A DNA stretch of 64,000 nt from Heteronotia binoei. Its lineage: Eukaryota. A program made the translations under genes and the position numbers. This document shows, piece by piece, positions 22,951 through 34,022 of the stretch (positions within the stretch are counted from its first letter, which is position 1; the number at the start of each line of letters is the position of its first letter). The stretch covers positions 12,090,001 through 12,154,000 of the forward strand of contig NC_083237.1 of assembly GCF_032191835.1 (NCBI RefSeq), in the 5' to 3' direction. The notes below the pieces were generated by a model that was given only the letters and a program-made list of their open reading frames with translations, searched no databases and was not told the DNA's origin.

Positions 22951-23970
22951 CAGGGCTTTTTTTGTAGCAGGAGCTCCTTTGCATATTAGGCCACACACCC
23001 CTGATGTAGCCAATCCTCCAAGAGCTTACAGTAGGCCCTGTACTAAGAGCCCTGTAGGCTCCAGGAGGATTGGCTACGTCAGGGGGTGTGTGGCCTAATA
23101 TGCAAAGGAGCCCCTGCTAGAATTCCAAGCTCTTGGAGGATTGGCTACATCAGGGGGTGTGTGGCCTAATATGCAAAGGAGCCCCTGCTAGAATTCCAAG
23201 CTCTTGGAGGATTGGCTACATCAGGGGTGTGTGGCCTAATATGCAAAGGAGCCCCTGCTAGAATTCCAAGCTCTTGGAGGACTGGCTACATCAGAGGGTG
23301 TGGCCTAATATGCAAAGGAGCCCCTGCTAGAATTCCAAGCTCTTGGAGGATAGGCTACATCAGGGGGGGGTGGCCTAATATGCAAAGGAGCCCCTGCTAG
23401 AATTCCAAGCTCTTGGAGGATAGGCTACATCAGGGGGGGGGTGGCCTAATATGCAAAGGAGCCCCTGCTAGAATTCCAAGCTCTTGGAGGACTGGCTACA
23501 TCAGAGGGTGTGGCCTAATATGCAAAGGAGCCCCTGCTAGAATTCCAAGCTCTTGGAGGATAGGCTACATCAGGGGGGGTGGCCTAATATGCAAAGGAGC
23601 CCCTGCTAGAATTCCAAGCTCTTGGAGGACTGGCTACATCAGAGGGTGTGGCCTAATATGCAAAGGAGCCCCTGCTAGAATTCCAAGCTCTTGGAGGATA
23701 GGCTACATCGGGGGGGGTGGCCTAATATGCAAAGGAGCCCCTGCTAGAATTCCAAGCTCTTGGAGGACTGGCTACATCAGAGGGTGTGGCCTAATATGCA
23801 AAGGAGCCCCTGCTAGAATTCCAAGCTCTTGGAGGATAGGCTACATCAGGGGGGGTGGCCTAATATGCAAAGGAGCCCCTGCTAGAATTCCAAGCTCTTG
23901 GAGGACTGGCTACATCAGGGGTGTGTGGCCTAATATGCAAAGGAGCTCCTGCTACAAAAAAAAAGTCCTG
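22951..23970 (+). mobile_element. CAGGG-family MITE with 13 tandem right arms (~69-71 bp)
   Basis: Ends cagggctttttttg / aaaaaagtcctg; 12 GAATTCCAAGCTC junctions counted. Confidence 0.88.
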
Positions 23971-24504
23971 GGAACAAGTGATTCCAGGCATGTTATTCCC
24001 TTCTCTTTCTTAACTGGTGACCAACCCAGTTAAAGATCATGGAAACAATCATCATTAATCTGGTGGAGCAACATTTTCCGGAGAGTCATTTGTATATATC
24101 CATCCCGCCCAAGGATTTCAGGTGGAATCAGCTACTTGCATAGAAAATGTGGCACAACTTCCCTCCTCCTTTTCCCTTCATTCATTTTATACTCTTTGAA
24201 TTAAGGAACCTGCTTCCCCCCCCCCTCCCCTGAATACTGCAGTTTAACATTAAAATACCACTGAAAAACAAGAAAAAATGATCAGACCTCCTGGGAAAGA
24301 AACAACAAAGAAAATAGTTCTTTGAATGTCTTAGAATAAAAATGTTTTATTTGTTTCGATGATGGTTTGACGAGATTTACCCAAATCTATCTGATTTGGG
24401 CACAGCATACAGAAGGTCTAAAATACAGTAATTAAGAATAGTAAGATGTTATTGCAGCAGAGATGGTATCACAGTGAAGGCCAGCCAATGAAACACGACA
24501 CCCG

Positions 24505-24680
24505 CTGCCTCAACCAAAGGCCTGATGGAATAGCTCTATTCTACAGGCCCTATGAAAAGGTAGTAACTCAGTAAGGCCCTGGGTCTTTGTAGGGAGCTGA
24601 TTCCACCAGGCTGGGGCCAAGGCCAAAAAGGCCCCGGCCCTGTTTGAAGCCAGTAGGACATCCTTCAGGCCAGGGATGGT
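24505..24680 (-). mobile_element. Old L2 3' fragment
   Basis: AFLALAPAWWNQLP resembles FSMKAPQWWNQLP of the L2 at 54032-54376. Confidence 0.6.
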
Positions 24681-24717
24681 CAGTAGATGTTGTGAGCTAG
24701 ATTGTAATGATCTACGG

Positions 24718-25326
24718 CAGGGTGACCAACGGTTAGGCTTGCCAATCCCCAAGTCCCAGAGGGGGATCCCCCAGTTTTACAGGCTTCCCCCCTCCCCCAG
24801 ACAGCTGGCCAGTGGGGGAAGCCCCGCCCCCAAAGCCATCATGCACCTCCATGAACGATTTCCATTGGGAACAATGGGGAATTAATCCATGGGTATCGGG
24901 GGCTCTGGGAGGGCTGTTCTTTGAGATAGAGGCACCAAATTTTAAGTATAGCATCTAATGCCTACCCCCAAAATACCTCCCAAATTTCAAAAAGATTGGA
25001 CCAGGGGGTCCAATTCTATGAGCCCCAAGAGAAGGTGCCCCTTTAAATGTGATGGCCAGAACTCCCTTGAAGTTCAATTATGCTTGTCACAGCCTTGCTC
25101 TTGGCTCCACCCCCCAAAGTCTCCTGGCTCCACCCCCAAAGTCTCCTGGCTCCACCCCCAAAGTCCCCAGATATTTCTTAAATTGGACTTGGCAACCCTA
25201 CCAACGGTAGCTCTCCAGATGTTTTTTGCCTACAACTACCATCAGCTCCAGCCATCAGCCATGCTAGGTGGGGCTGATGGGTGTTGTAGGCAGAAACCAT
25301 CTGGAGAGCTACCGTTGGCCACCCCG
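24718..25326. mobile_element. Small palindromic hAT MITE hosting a second hAT MITE (24734-25200)
   Basis: Outer TIR CAGGGTGACCAACGGT/ACCGTTGGCCACCCCG with TSD ATCTACGG/ATCTAAGG; inner element has perfect TSD CCAACGGT. Confidence 0.85.
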
Positions 25327-26597
25327 ATCTAAGGGGCACATATGGAGAGAGACAGTCCCGTAGATATGTGGGTTCCAGGCCATGTAAGACTGATTTTGTC
25401 AGATCTCAGCAGCTAGGCTTGGCCCTAGTAAGTATTTGGTTGGGAGCCCACCAAGGAAGTCTAGGATTGCTACAGAAAGGCAGGAAATGGCAAACCTCTC
25501 TATTCAACTCTTGCCCTGAAAACCCTACAGGGTCACCATACATTGGCTGCAACTTGATGGGACTTCCCTCCACTAGCCAATCATCCATGGTTGGAACATG
25601 GAATTTCCCCCAATTCTCTTCCTGCAGCCACATTCTAACCTCCAGAGAGAGAATTCCTGGAGCCACATGATCCATCTGGACCAATAGCAGTGCAGTTGGG
25701 GGGCGTGGTGGAGCAAGAAGTGTGAAGGAACTCCTCCTCCATCCCACAACCACACTGAGGCGAGGGGGGCATTTCATTCCTTCGTTTAACCTCCTCATCT
25801 GTGTAACTATTTCTGTGCACCAGTCCCATGATCAAAAGAATGATCTTTCTAGGGATCAGAAGGGGTGGCCGAAATGGAGAGGAATATGGGAAAGCTCTGT
25901 ATGCCTTCCAAGCACAAATGATGATGATGACGACGATATTGGATTTATGTCCCATCCTCCACTCTGAATCTCAGAGTGGCCTACAATCTCCTTTACCTTC
26001 CTCCCCCATGACAGACATCCTGTGAGGTGGGTGGGGTTGCAAGAACTCTCCCAGAAGCAAGAGCTGCAGCCAGCCCAAGACCGTTTTATTTGGGATTGTG
26101 TGTCCTTTGTCACCTCAGGAGCCTGATGGTTGAAAGGCATCATAGAGTCTTTACAAAAATACATCAGTAAGCTTACACAAATCCACCTCCTCCCTTTCTC
26201 TTTCCCTCCCAATGCCATGGTTTTTCCACTCCCAACCCCCACCTTCAATAGAGAAAAAGAGCTAGGGACAATATTTGGACACAGTCCAAACCACTTCTTA
26301 ATTTACTATACTTTTTGGGACCCCAGAATTACAGCTGATCTCCAGAATACAGAGATTAGTCCCTCTGGAGAAAATGGCTGCTTTGGAGGGTGGAGTCCAT
26401 GGCATTATACCCTGATGTCCTTCTCCTCCCACCAAACTTTGCCTTCTGGAAATTTCCCAGCCTTGAGTTGGCTACCCTAGATTCTAGGTCCCAATGCAAA
26501 ATCAATACATTTGTATTATCCATGGATAGGACACAAGTCCCATTTTATGTTCAATCCCAGTTTGTGAAGGCAGAAATCCTTTTCACCGTACGGTGAA

Positions 26598-27536
26598 TTA
26601 TTCTATCGGTACAGATGTCTTCCTCACCCACAGCTTCTTCAAAGCATGTTTCATCTCTTTGTTTCTCAGTGTATATATGATTGGATTTAAGAGTGGAGTC
26701 ACAGTGGTGTAGAAGACAGCCACCACGCCATCCAGGGGGTCCTGAGAAGCTGGCCTTAGATAGATGAACACCAAGGGGACGTAGTACATCACCACCACAG
26801 TGATGTGGGCAGCGCAAGTGGAGAAGGCCCGGCGTCGTCCTTCAGCACTCCGGATCCTCAGGATGGCAGAGATGATGTACATGTAGGAAGTGAGGATGAG
26901 GAAGAAGCAGGTCATGGCCAAGAAGCCGATGTCTACAAAGGTCACCATCTCATTGAGCGATGTGTCAGCACAAGCCAATTTCAACACCGCTGGGATGTCA
27001 CAGAAAATATAACCCACTTGGGTCCCACAGCCGTAGGGCAACTGAAATGTCAGGCTGGTTTGTATCATGGAGTGCAACGAGCCACCGAACCACGTTCCAA
27101 AGGCGAGGTACAGGCAGGCTTTCCGGTTCATGAGGGTGCCGTAACGGAGGGGCTTGCAGATGGCCAGGAAGCGGTCATAGGCCATCACGGTGTACAGGAA
27201 GCATTCTGTGCAGCCCAGGAAGTGGAAGAAGAACAGCTGGGTGACGCAGCCACCAAAGGAGATGACCCCGCCGCCTTTTATAAACCCAGCAATCACCTTG
27301 GGTACTATCACAGAAGAGACAGTCATGTCCAAGAAGGACAGATGGCAAAGGAACCAGTACATGGGCCTGTGCAGCTGGGGTTCCGATCCCACAGCCAACA
27401 GGATGAGGAGGTTTCCGAAGACTGTCATCAAATAGATGAGCAGAAAGAAGAAGAACAAGGGGGCTCCTAGCTCAAGCGGGTATGGAAATCCCACTATGAT
27501 GAAGTGGTACACGTCTGTCCGGTTTTCACTCTCCAT
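26598..27536 (-). CDS. Olfactory receptor, OR10G2/OR10G3-like, 312 aa, intact
   Basis: OR motifs intact; NEMVTFVDIG, YYVPLVFIYLR and DPLDG recall human OR10G2/3. Candidate acceptor CTGGCACAG ~15 nt upstream of the ATG. Confidence 0.93.
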   Translation of the reverse strand: MESENRTDVYHFIIVGFPYPLELGAPLFFFFLLIYLMTVFGNLLILLAVGSEPQLHRPMYWFLCHLSFLDMTVSSVIVPKVIAGFIKGGGVISFGGCVTQLFFFHFLGCTECFLYTVMAYDRFLAICKPLRYGTLMNRKACLYLAFGTWFGGSLHSMIQTSLTFQLPYGCGTQVGYIFCDIPAVLKLACADTSLNEMVTFVDIGFLAMTCFFLILTSYMYIISAILRIRSAEGRRRAFSTCAAHITVVVMYYVPLVFIYLRPASQDPLDGVVAVFYTTVTPLLNPIIYTLRNKEMKHALKKLWVRKTSVPIE

Positions 27537-27764
27537 TCGTGCAATCTCTGCCTGTGCCAGAGAAAGGGTGAGTCACCTGAAGGATGTCAGCAGTGGAAAA
27601 GCAGAAGATGTTCACAGGCCGTATAAACTGTTCGCCTCAAGGTATAATCATGCATAATCTCTTATGAAGTTTCTAAGAGAGGAGGGGAAAATAACATATT
27701 ATATATGAGAGAGTAGCTGGTTTAAATCTTCATGAAAACAAATCAGCCGGTATCATAATGGCCC

Positions 27765-28435
27765 TGTATAAATCGAGGGTGCGGTCTCATTTGGAATACT
27801 GTGTACAATTCTGGTCACCGCACCTCAAAAAGCATATTATAGCATTGGAAAAAGTCCAGAAAAGGGCAACTTGAATGATTAAAGGGTTGGAACACTTTCC
27901 CTATGAAGAAAGGTTAAAACGCTTGGGGCCCTTTAGCTCGGAGAAACGTCGACTGCAGGGTGACATGATAGTTTTACAAGATAGTTTTACAAGATAGGTT
28001 TACAAGATTATGCATGGGATGGAAAAAGTACAAGAATACAAGAACTCGTGGGCATTCAATGAAATTGCTGAGCAGTTGGGTTAAAACGGATAAAAGGAAG
28101 TACTTCTTCACCCAAAGGGTGATTAACTTGTGGAATTCATTGCCACAGGAGGTGGTGGTGGCTACAAGCATAGCCAGCTTCAATAAGGGGTTAGATAAAA
28201 ATATGGAGCAGAGGTCCATCAGTGGCTATTAGNNNNNNNNNNNNNNNNNNNNNNNNNNNNNNNNNNNNNNNNNNNNNNNNNNNNNNNNNNNNNNNNNNNN
28301 NNNNNNNNNNNNNNNNNNNNNNNNNNNNNNNNNNNNNNNNNNNNNNNNNNNNNNNNNNNNNNNNTGTGTGACACAGAGTGTTGGACTGGATGGGCTACTG
28401 GCCTGATCCAACATGGCTTCTCTTATGTTCTTATG
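27765..28435 (+). mobile_element. CR1 3' fragment spanning an assembly gap (28233-28364)
   Basis: NTRTRGHSMKL...FFTQRVINLWNSLP and a CR1 tail ending ttcttatgttcttatg. Confidence 0.85.
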
Positions 28436-29218
28436 TTGCCTTCCTCCAGATGGGACCGGGGGAATCTCCCAGAATTCCAGCTCATCTCTGGACTACAGAG
28501 CTCAGTTCCCCTGGAGAAAATGGCTGCTAAGGAGGGTGGATTCTGTACCCCACTGAGGTGCCTTTCCTCCCAGGCTCCCAGGAGTTTCTTAACTTGAATC
28601 TGGCAACTCTACCCCTCATCCCTCACCAGGGGCAGGGGGAGGGGGAATCTGCCACTCCTAAATCTCCATTTGCCTGAGTTTAAGAGTCCATTACTTGAAT
28701 TTTGAATTAGGTTTTTGAGCTTTTGCCCTGACAGCTGCATCTCTAGGCAAACTTTACCAAAAACTCATAAACATAATTTATTTCTACGGTCATTGACCAA
28801 ATACATAAAAGAGGAGTAAAAGATCTCATATCAGCTGGTATACCATCAAAATTCTTACAGACATCATCAGCAATATCAGTCAGCCAAACACCAAAAGGGA
28901 ACTAGTATTAAATAATTAAAATAATTAAAATCTCTGTTTGGACTGACTAACTGTTGATAGCTTGTTTCCGGATTTTAATGGCCCGCATAGCAAATTTTGC
29001 CATGTTTAAAGTAATTGCCAGCTAATTACTTTCTGTCAGCTAATACCAAAAACTCACTTCATATTTAGATATTGTTAGGTTTAAACTGTATGTGTACTTT
29101 TAAAATTGGGTATGGATTTCAACTTTTCCTTTTCAGATACAAGTCAGGAGATTTTGTGCTTTTAGCAAAACAGACTCTCCTTTAAAAAAAAAAACTACTC
29201 GGATTTCTGAAGACAGTG

Positions 29219-29473
29219 GCTGTTTTTCCACTGACCTTACTCTGGAGCGACGTCCTTCTTCACCGCGCAGCGTCTGCGCAGATTTCCCACCAACTGCTGC
29301 GCACAACCAGGAAGAGCCACGGCTTTTGCGTCGCAGATGTAAACTGGTTTTTAGCGGTTTACAACTGCGACGCAAAAGGCCCTGGTTGTGCACAGCAGTT
29401 GGTGGGAAATCCGCGCAGATGCTGCACGGTGAAGAGGGACGTCGCTCCGGAGTAGGGTCAGTGGGAAAACAGC
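29219..29473. mobile_element. Foldback (near-perfect palindromic) MITE; second copy ~30717-30979
   Basis: ~120-bp arms gctgtttttccactg...cagtgggaaaacagc; both copies share the internal tttgcgtcgc...gcgacgca. Confidence 0.7.
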
Positions 29474-29584
29474 AAGTGACTGAAAAAAATACAGGAATCA
29501 TTTTTGAAAGCCCAAATCGTCTTCCTAACTCAGGCTGTTTCTGAGAATTAGGGGTTTCTTTCTCTGCCCTTGTTCCAAGTGAGC

Positions 29585-30012
29585 ACACGCGTGAACTCCG
29601 CCTCTTGGTCCATCAAAGTCAGAACGGTCTACTCAGACTGGCAGCGGCTTTCCAGACTCTCTGGCATGGGCCTTCCGCATCACCTCCTGCCAGTTCTTCT
29701 AAATTGCCGATGCTGGGGATTGAACCTGGCACCTTCTGTATGCCAAGCAGACATGCTACCGCTGAGCCATGGCCCCTCGGCCAAAATAAAGGAATTTCTT
29801 TTAACTGGAACACTCAGATCTGCTTTACACTCAATCAGACCATCAGTCCATCAAGGTCAGTATGGTCTATTCAGGCTTGCCGGAGCTCTCCATGATCTCA
29901 AGCGAAGGCCTTTCATATCACCTACTTGCTTGGTCTTTTTTACTGGAAATGCCAGGGACTGAACCTGGTACCTTCTACATATTAAACTGAAGCTCTACCA
30001 CTGAGCCACAGC
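29585..30012 (-). mobile_element. Two tandem tRNA-derived SINEs (family also at ~35090-35270, 40670-40865, 49860-50210)
   Basis: Reverse complement of gtggctcagtggtagagcat...ggttcaatccc (A/B boxes) with tail ctgccagtctgagtagac...gatggacc. Confidence 0.75.
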
Positions 30013-31040
30013 TGCTACGATAGCCACAGTGCCATCAGGTGCATGCTAATAAAGGCATCATTTTCAGAGAGCCACTTGAATGCCTCCAGAAACTGTACTT
30101 TGGGGATAGTATAAAAGGGACAGAGAAGCAGAAAAGCAACAGGTTTTCAGCTATTTGGCTGCAAACAGGTCTGGAGGTGGGGGGAGGTAAACTCCTGTTC
30201 GTTTAATAGTTAGGTCGTATGTTATTTACCAGATGGTGTTATTTAATATTTACCAGATGCCATAAACTCCATGCCATAAAAAGCATCAGCTGTCCATTCC
30301 CACACATTATGCCTCCGTTAAGGGAGTGGGTCATCCCCCCCCCCTCTCCAGGAACTCAATGACTGCAAAAATGAAACGTATTGGGGTGGGGTGGGGTGGG
30401 AGTGAGATAGCTGCAATGCTGGATTAAACTCTGTGGAAGTTCCTAGGCAGTCAAAATCTGGGGGGGGGGGGGCTTGGAAATTATCTCCTAATATGTTTTT
30501 AATTTTGCCAAACAACAATTTTAATAAACCAGTTTTATTACACAAAACAAGCATTAACCACCAGGGAAAACTGTAGGCAAAAGCCAGCCAAGGGCCCCTA
30601 AAAGCATGAGTCCATAGGCCAGTGCCTATTTGGCCTATTTGTTAGTCTAGTCCTTTTCCCTACAGTTTCCCCTGGTTGCTATAGCTGGCACTGAAGAACG
30701 GAAGTTTTAAACTTGAACCTTTTTCCCATACAGCTTACCTTGGAGTCACGTCCCTCTTCACCGGGCAGCCTCTGCTCGGATTTCCCACCATCTGCTCCGC
30801 AGAAGCAGGAAGAGCCGCGCCTTTTGCGTCGCTAACGTAAACTGGGTTTTAGCGATTTACATTTGCGACGCAGAAGCCCCGGCACTTCCTGCTTCTGCGG
30901 AGCAGATGGTGGGAAATCCGAGCAGACGCTGCGCGGTGAAGAGGGACGTCACTCCGAGGTAAGCTGTGTGGGAAAATGGTTTTGGTCTTTTTTTGCTGGT
31001 TTGAGGCTCTTTTTTCAAGAAGGTAGAACTCGAAATGTAA

Positions 31041-31044
<4 letters not shown>

Positions 31045-31103
<59 letters not shown>
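31045..31103. repeat. (TA)n microsatellite
   Basis: About 29 perfect TA units. Confidence 0.98.
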
Positions 31104-31106
<3 letters not shown>

Positions 31107-31315
31107 ATAACATGGGATACCGAAGGGTTGGGGGCGGGATGGGATGTGGGATCAGGAAACAAATCCAATTGCACAGTATCAGCCTAGCTATTCTAATCAA
31201 AGATCTCATGGTGTGTGTGTGTTTTCTGAATACCAAAAGGGGCCCAAGAATGAATCTCTGTTTGGGTGCCCATGGTGGATTTGGGTATTCCTACCCTTGT
31301 TCGATGTATCTTAAC

Positions 31316-31567
31316 CAGGGCTTTTTTTTGTAGCAGGAACTCCTTTGCATATTAGGCCACACACCCCTGATATAGCCAATCCTCTTGGAGCTTACAGTAG
31401 GCCCTATATGAAGAGCCCTGTAAGTTCTTGAAGGATTGGCTACATGGCCGCCCTGAGCCATTCATGGGAAGGGCAGGATATAAATTCTAAATAAATAAAT
31501 AAATAAATAAATAAAAATGGGGGTGTGGCCTAATATGCAAAGGAGTTCCTGCTACAAAAAAGCCCTG
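31316..31567 (+). mobile_element. CAGGG MITE with a SINE tail and (TAAA)n inserted in the right arm
   Basis: Inverted arms interrupted at ~31446-31516. Confidence 0.75.
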
Positions 31568-32040
31568 AACTGATGCATACAAAATGGTATTGCATTTTAC
31601 CAATATGTTTAGTAACCTTGGGGGATGGTGCTAGTAAATTGGTGTGTGCAAGATGAATAGCCATTCATTTATTGACTTCATTTATGCCCCATCTTTCTTC
31701 CCAGTGGAGACGCAAAACAGCTGACAATGTTCTCCTCTCCTCTATTTTACCCTGTCAGGTAGGTTAGGCTGAGAGTGTGTGACTGCATCAAGCTCACCCA
31801 GCAGGCTTCCATGAGAGAGCAGAGATTCAGACCTTGGTCTCCCAGATCGTACTCCAACATTCTATTCACTACACCATGCTGGTTTTCAAATAAAGAAATG
31901 TACAGATTAACAGTGTCTGTTCTTTTACTGGTGTTAAGACCAGATATTCATAAAACTTCTGATGGTAGACTTTATCAACTTTTTCCTCGAGAAACTGTAG
32001 GTGTCAAGAGTGCCTACTTTAACTTTTAAGTGTTAGATCC

Positions 32041-32285
32041 TACCATAAGAACATAAGAGAAGCCATATTGGATCAGGTTAATGGCCTATCCAGTCTAACA
32101 CTCTGTCACAGTGTGGCAAAAAAACAACAGGTGCCAACAGGAGGTCCATCAGTGGGGCCAGGACACTAGAAGCCCTCCCACTATCCCCCCCACTCAAAAA
32201 AAAAGCACTCAGAATTCAGAGCATCACTGCTCCAGAGAGAGAATTCCATATGTGGCTAATAGCCACTGATGGGCTTCTGCTCCAT
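32041..32285 (-). mobile_element. CR1 3'-UTR fragment
   Basis: cataagaacataagagaagcc tail, reverse complement of the CR1 end. Confidence 0.75.
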
Positions 32286-32489
32286 ACCAGTTCCCCTCCT
32301 CACTGAACCTCATGTCCGGGATGGGTTTGTGCATCTGGGTCCCGCATTCTCCAGCGTAGCTCTCCTGGTGGTCAAAAGGAGCCCCTCTTCTCTGCCCTGC
32401 CTCTGAAAAGGCTAATAAGAGGCAACTGCATTTTAATTAGCGGATCACTAACTTCTATGTTACCTGTGCGTCTGAAGAAGCATGCATGT

Positions 32490-32773
32490 GGAGAGCCAGT
32501 TTGGTGTAGTGGTTAAGTGTGCGGACTCTTACCTGGGAGAACCGGGTTTGATTCCCCACTCCTCCACTTGCACCTGCTGGAATGGCCTTGGGTCAGCCAT
32601 AGCTCTGGCAGAGGTTGTCCTTGAAAGGGCAGCTGCTGTGAGAGCCCTCTCCAGCCCCACCCACCTCACAGGGTGTCTGTTGTGGGGGAGGAAGGGAAAG
32701 GAGATTGTGAGCCGCTCTGAGACTCTTCGGAGTGGGGGGCGGGATATAAATCCAATATCTTCTTCTTCTTCTT
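32490..32773 (+). mobile_element. Full-length Squam3-type SINE
   Basis: Complete head, core and (CTT)n tail; flanking CATGCA repeat. Further copies ~38020-38260, 39990-40265, 46960-47250. Confidence 0.85.
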
Positions 32774-33886
32774 CATGCACATCAAAGTTCAAACCTCAAA
32801 TTAACTTTTGTTGGCCTTGCAGGTGCCACTGGACTCAAAGTCTGTTCTAACTTCTCGGTGTTTCACTAATATCCCTTTGCCGCACGTGAGCTTTGAAAAC
32901 TGTAAATATTCCGAACTGAGGTTTGATTGTGTGCCAAATTTAGTGTGATCCTTGCCTTTCGTGAATGAAGGAGAAGAGAAGAGGGAACAGGACTGAAGTT
33001 TTCTGGCAGAGTAAATGCTTTGCATTAGTAGGTTATATATAGCCCATGATGCACCTGGAGAACTAAACAGCATTCGCTGTGGTTAGTATTTAGCTGGGAG
33101 ACCACCGGTGCTCCCCCTAAGCTGTGGAGCCTTGTGAGCGAAAATTCTTCTTCATAAATCGTTAAAGTTGTGAGCAAGTGACTTGGTTACTCCATAAACT
33201 TCTTCTCTGTCTGAGACTCTGAAGAGCTGTTTTCAGCCAGAATAGACAGTACTGGGTTAGGTGAACTCTGAATCTGACTTCATTTTGATCAGTTCTGAAG
33301 GTTAACGAGTTCTAAATATGATACCTTTAATCTGGATGAAAGTTGGATTTTCTGTAGCCAGCTGAAGATTCCTTTCATTTGTGCTGCACTCTTTTGCAGC
33401 GTCTACTTATTTTTGTTCCTTGGCATTTAAGATGGCTGCCGCTTTTGTACATAAAGACAATGACGAGTTGGTAGAAGAACATCGAGCTATTCTCATTGTG
33501 CCTCATTAAATGAACTTTGAAGAAGCCGGTAACAAATTCCAGCTAATATATACAACAGTCTTGGCTAAGAAGACAAAGTCCCTCCAGAAGCTGTGAAAAT
33601 CCAAAACCTTCCTTTGCATAGTGTGTTGTGCTCAGGGATTCCAAGATTCTGTCAGCCCTCCTCGTTGGCTGGAGCTGAGTATTTATGTCACCAAGGCATG
33701 CCTCCATTGCACACCATTTCGTGAACCTCTTTCCCTCAAGATCACCCTCAGGTGGCAGTGAGGTTTTCATTTGTTTTGCCTAAAAATATTTAATGATGTC
33801 TCCTGTTTATAAATTCTAATGAGAGTTATTTAAAAAGAGGAAGAGAGGAGCTGGGGCATAAATAATTTATTTCATTAAATAAAGGA

Positions 33887-34022
33887 NNNNNNNNNNNNNN
33901 NNNNNNNNNNNNNNNNNNNNNNNNNNNNNNNNNNNNNNNNNNNNNNNNNNNNNNNNNNNNNNNNNNNNNNNNNNNNNNNNNNNNNNNNNNNNNNNNNNNN
34001 NNNNNNNNNNNNNNNNNNNNNN
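33887..34022. other. Assembly gap
   Basis: Run of N. Confidence 1.

Noticed and set aside
23100-23960. CRISPR-like regular repeats (also 10172-11423 and 16466-17029)
   Set aside because: No unique spacers; the units are MITE arms or CR1 tails in a vertebrate genome with no cas genes.
23413-24033. 206-aa repetitive ORF
   Set aside because: Read-through of a minisatellite; no coding signal.
26805-27470. 221-aa plus-strand ORF and similar antisense ORFs over ORs and LINEs
   Set aside because: Shadow frames of real coding sequence.
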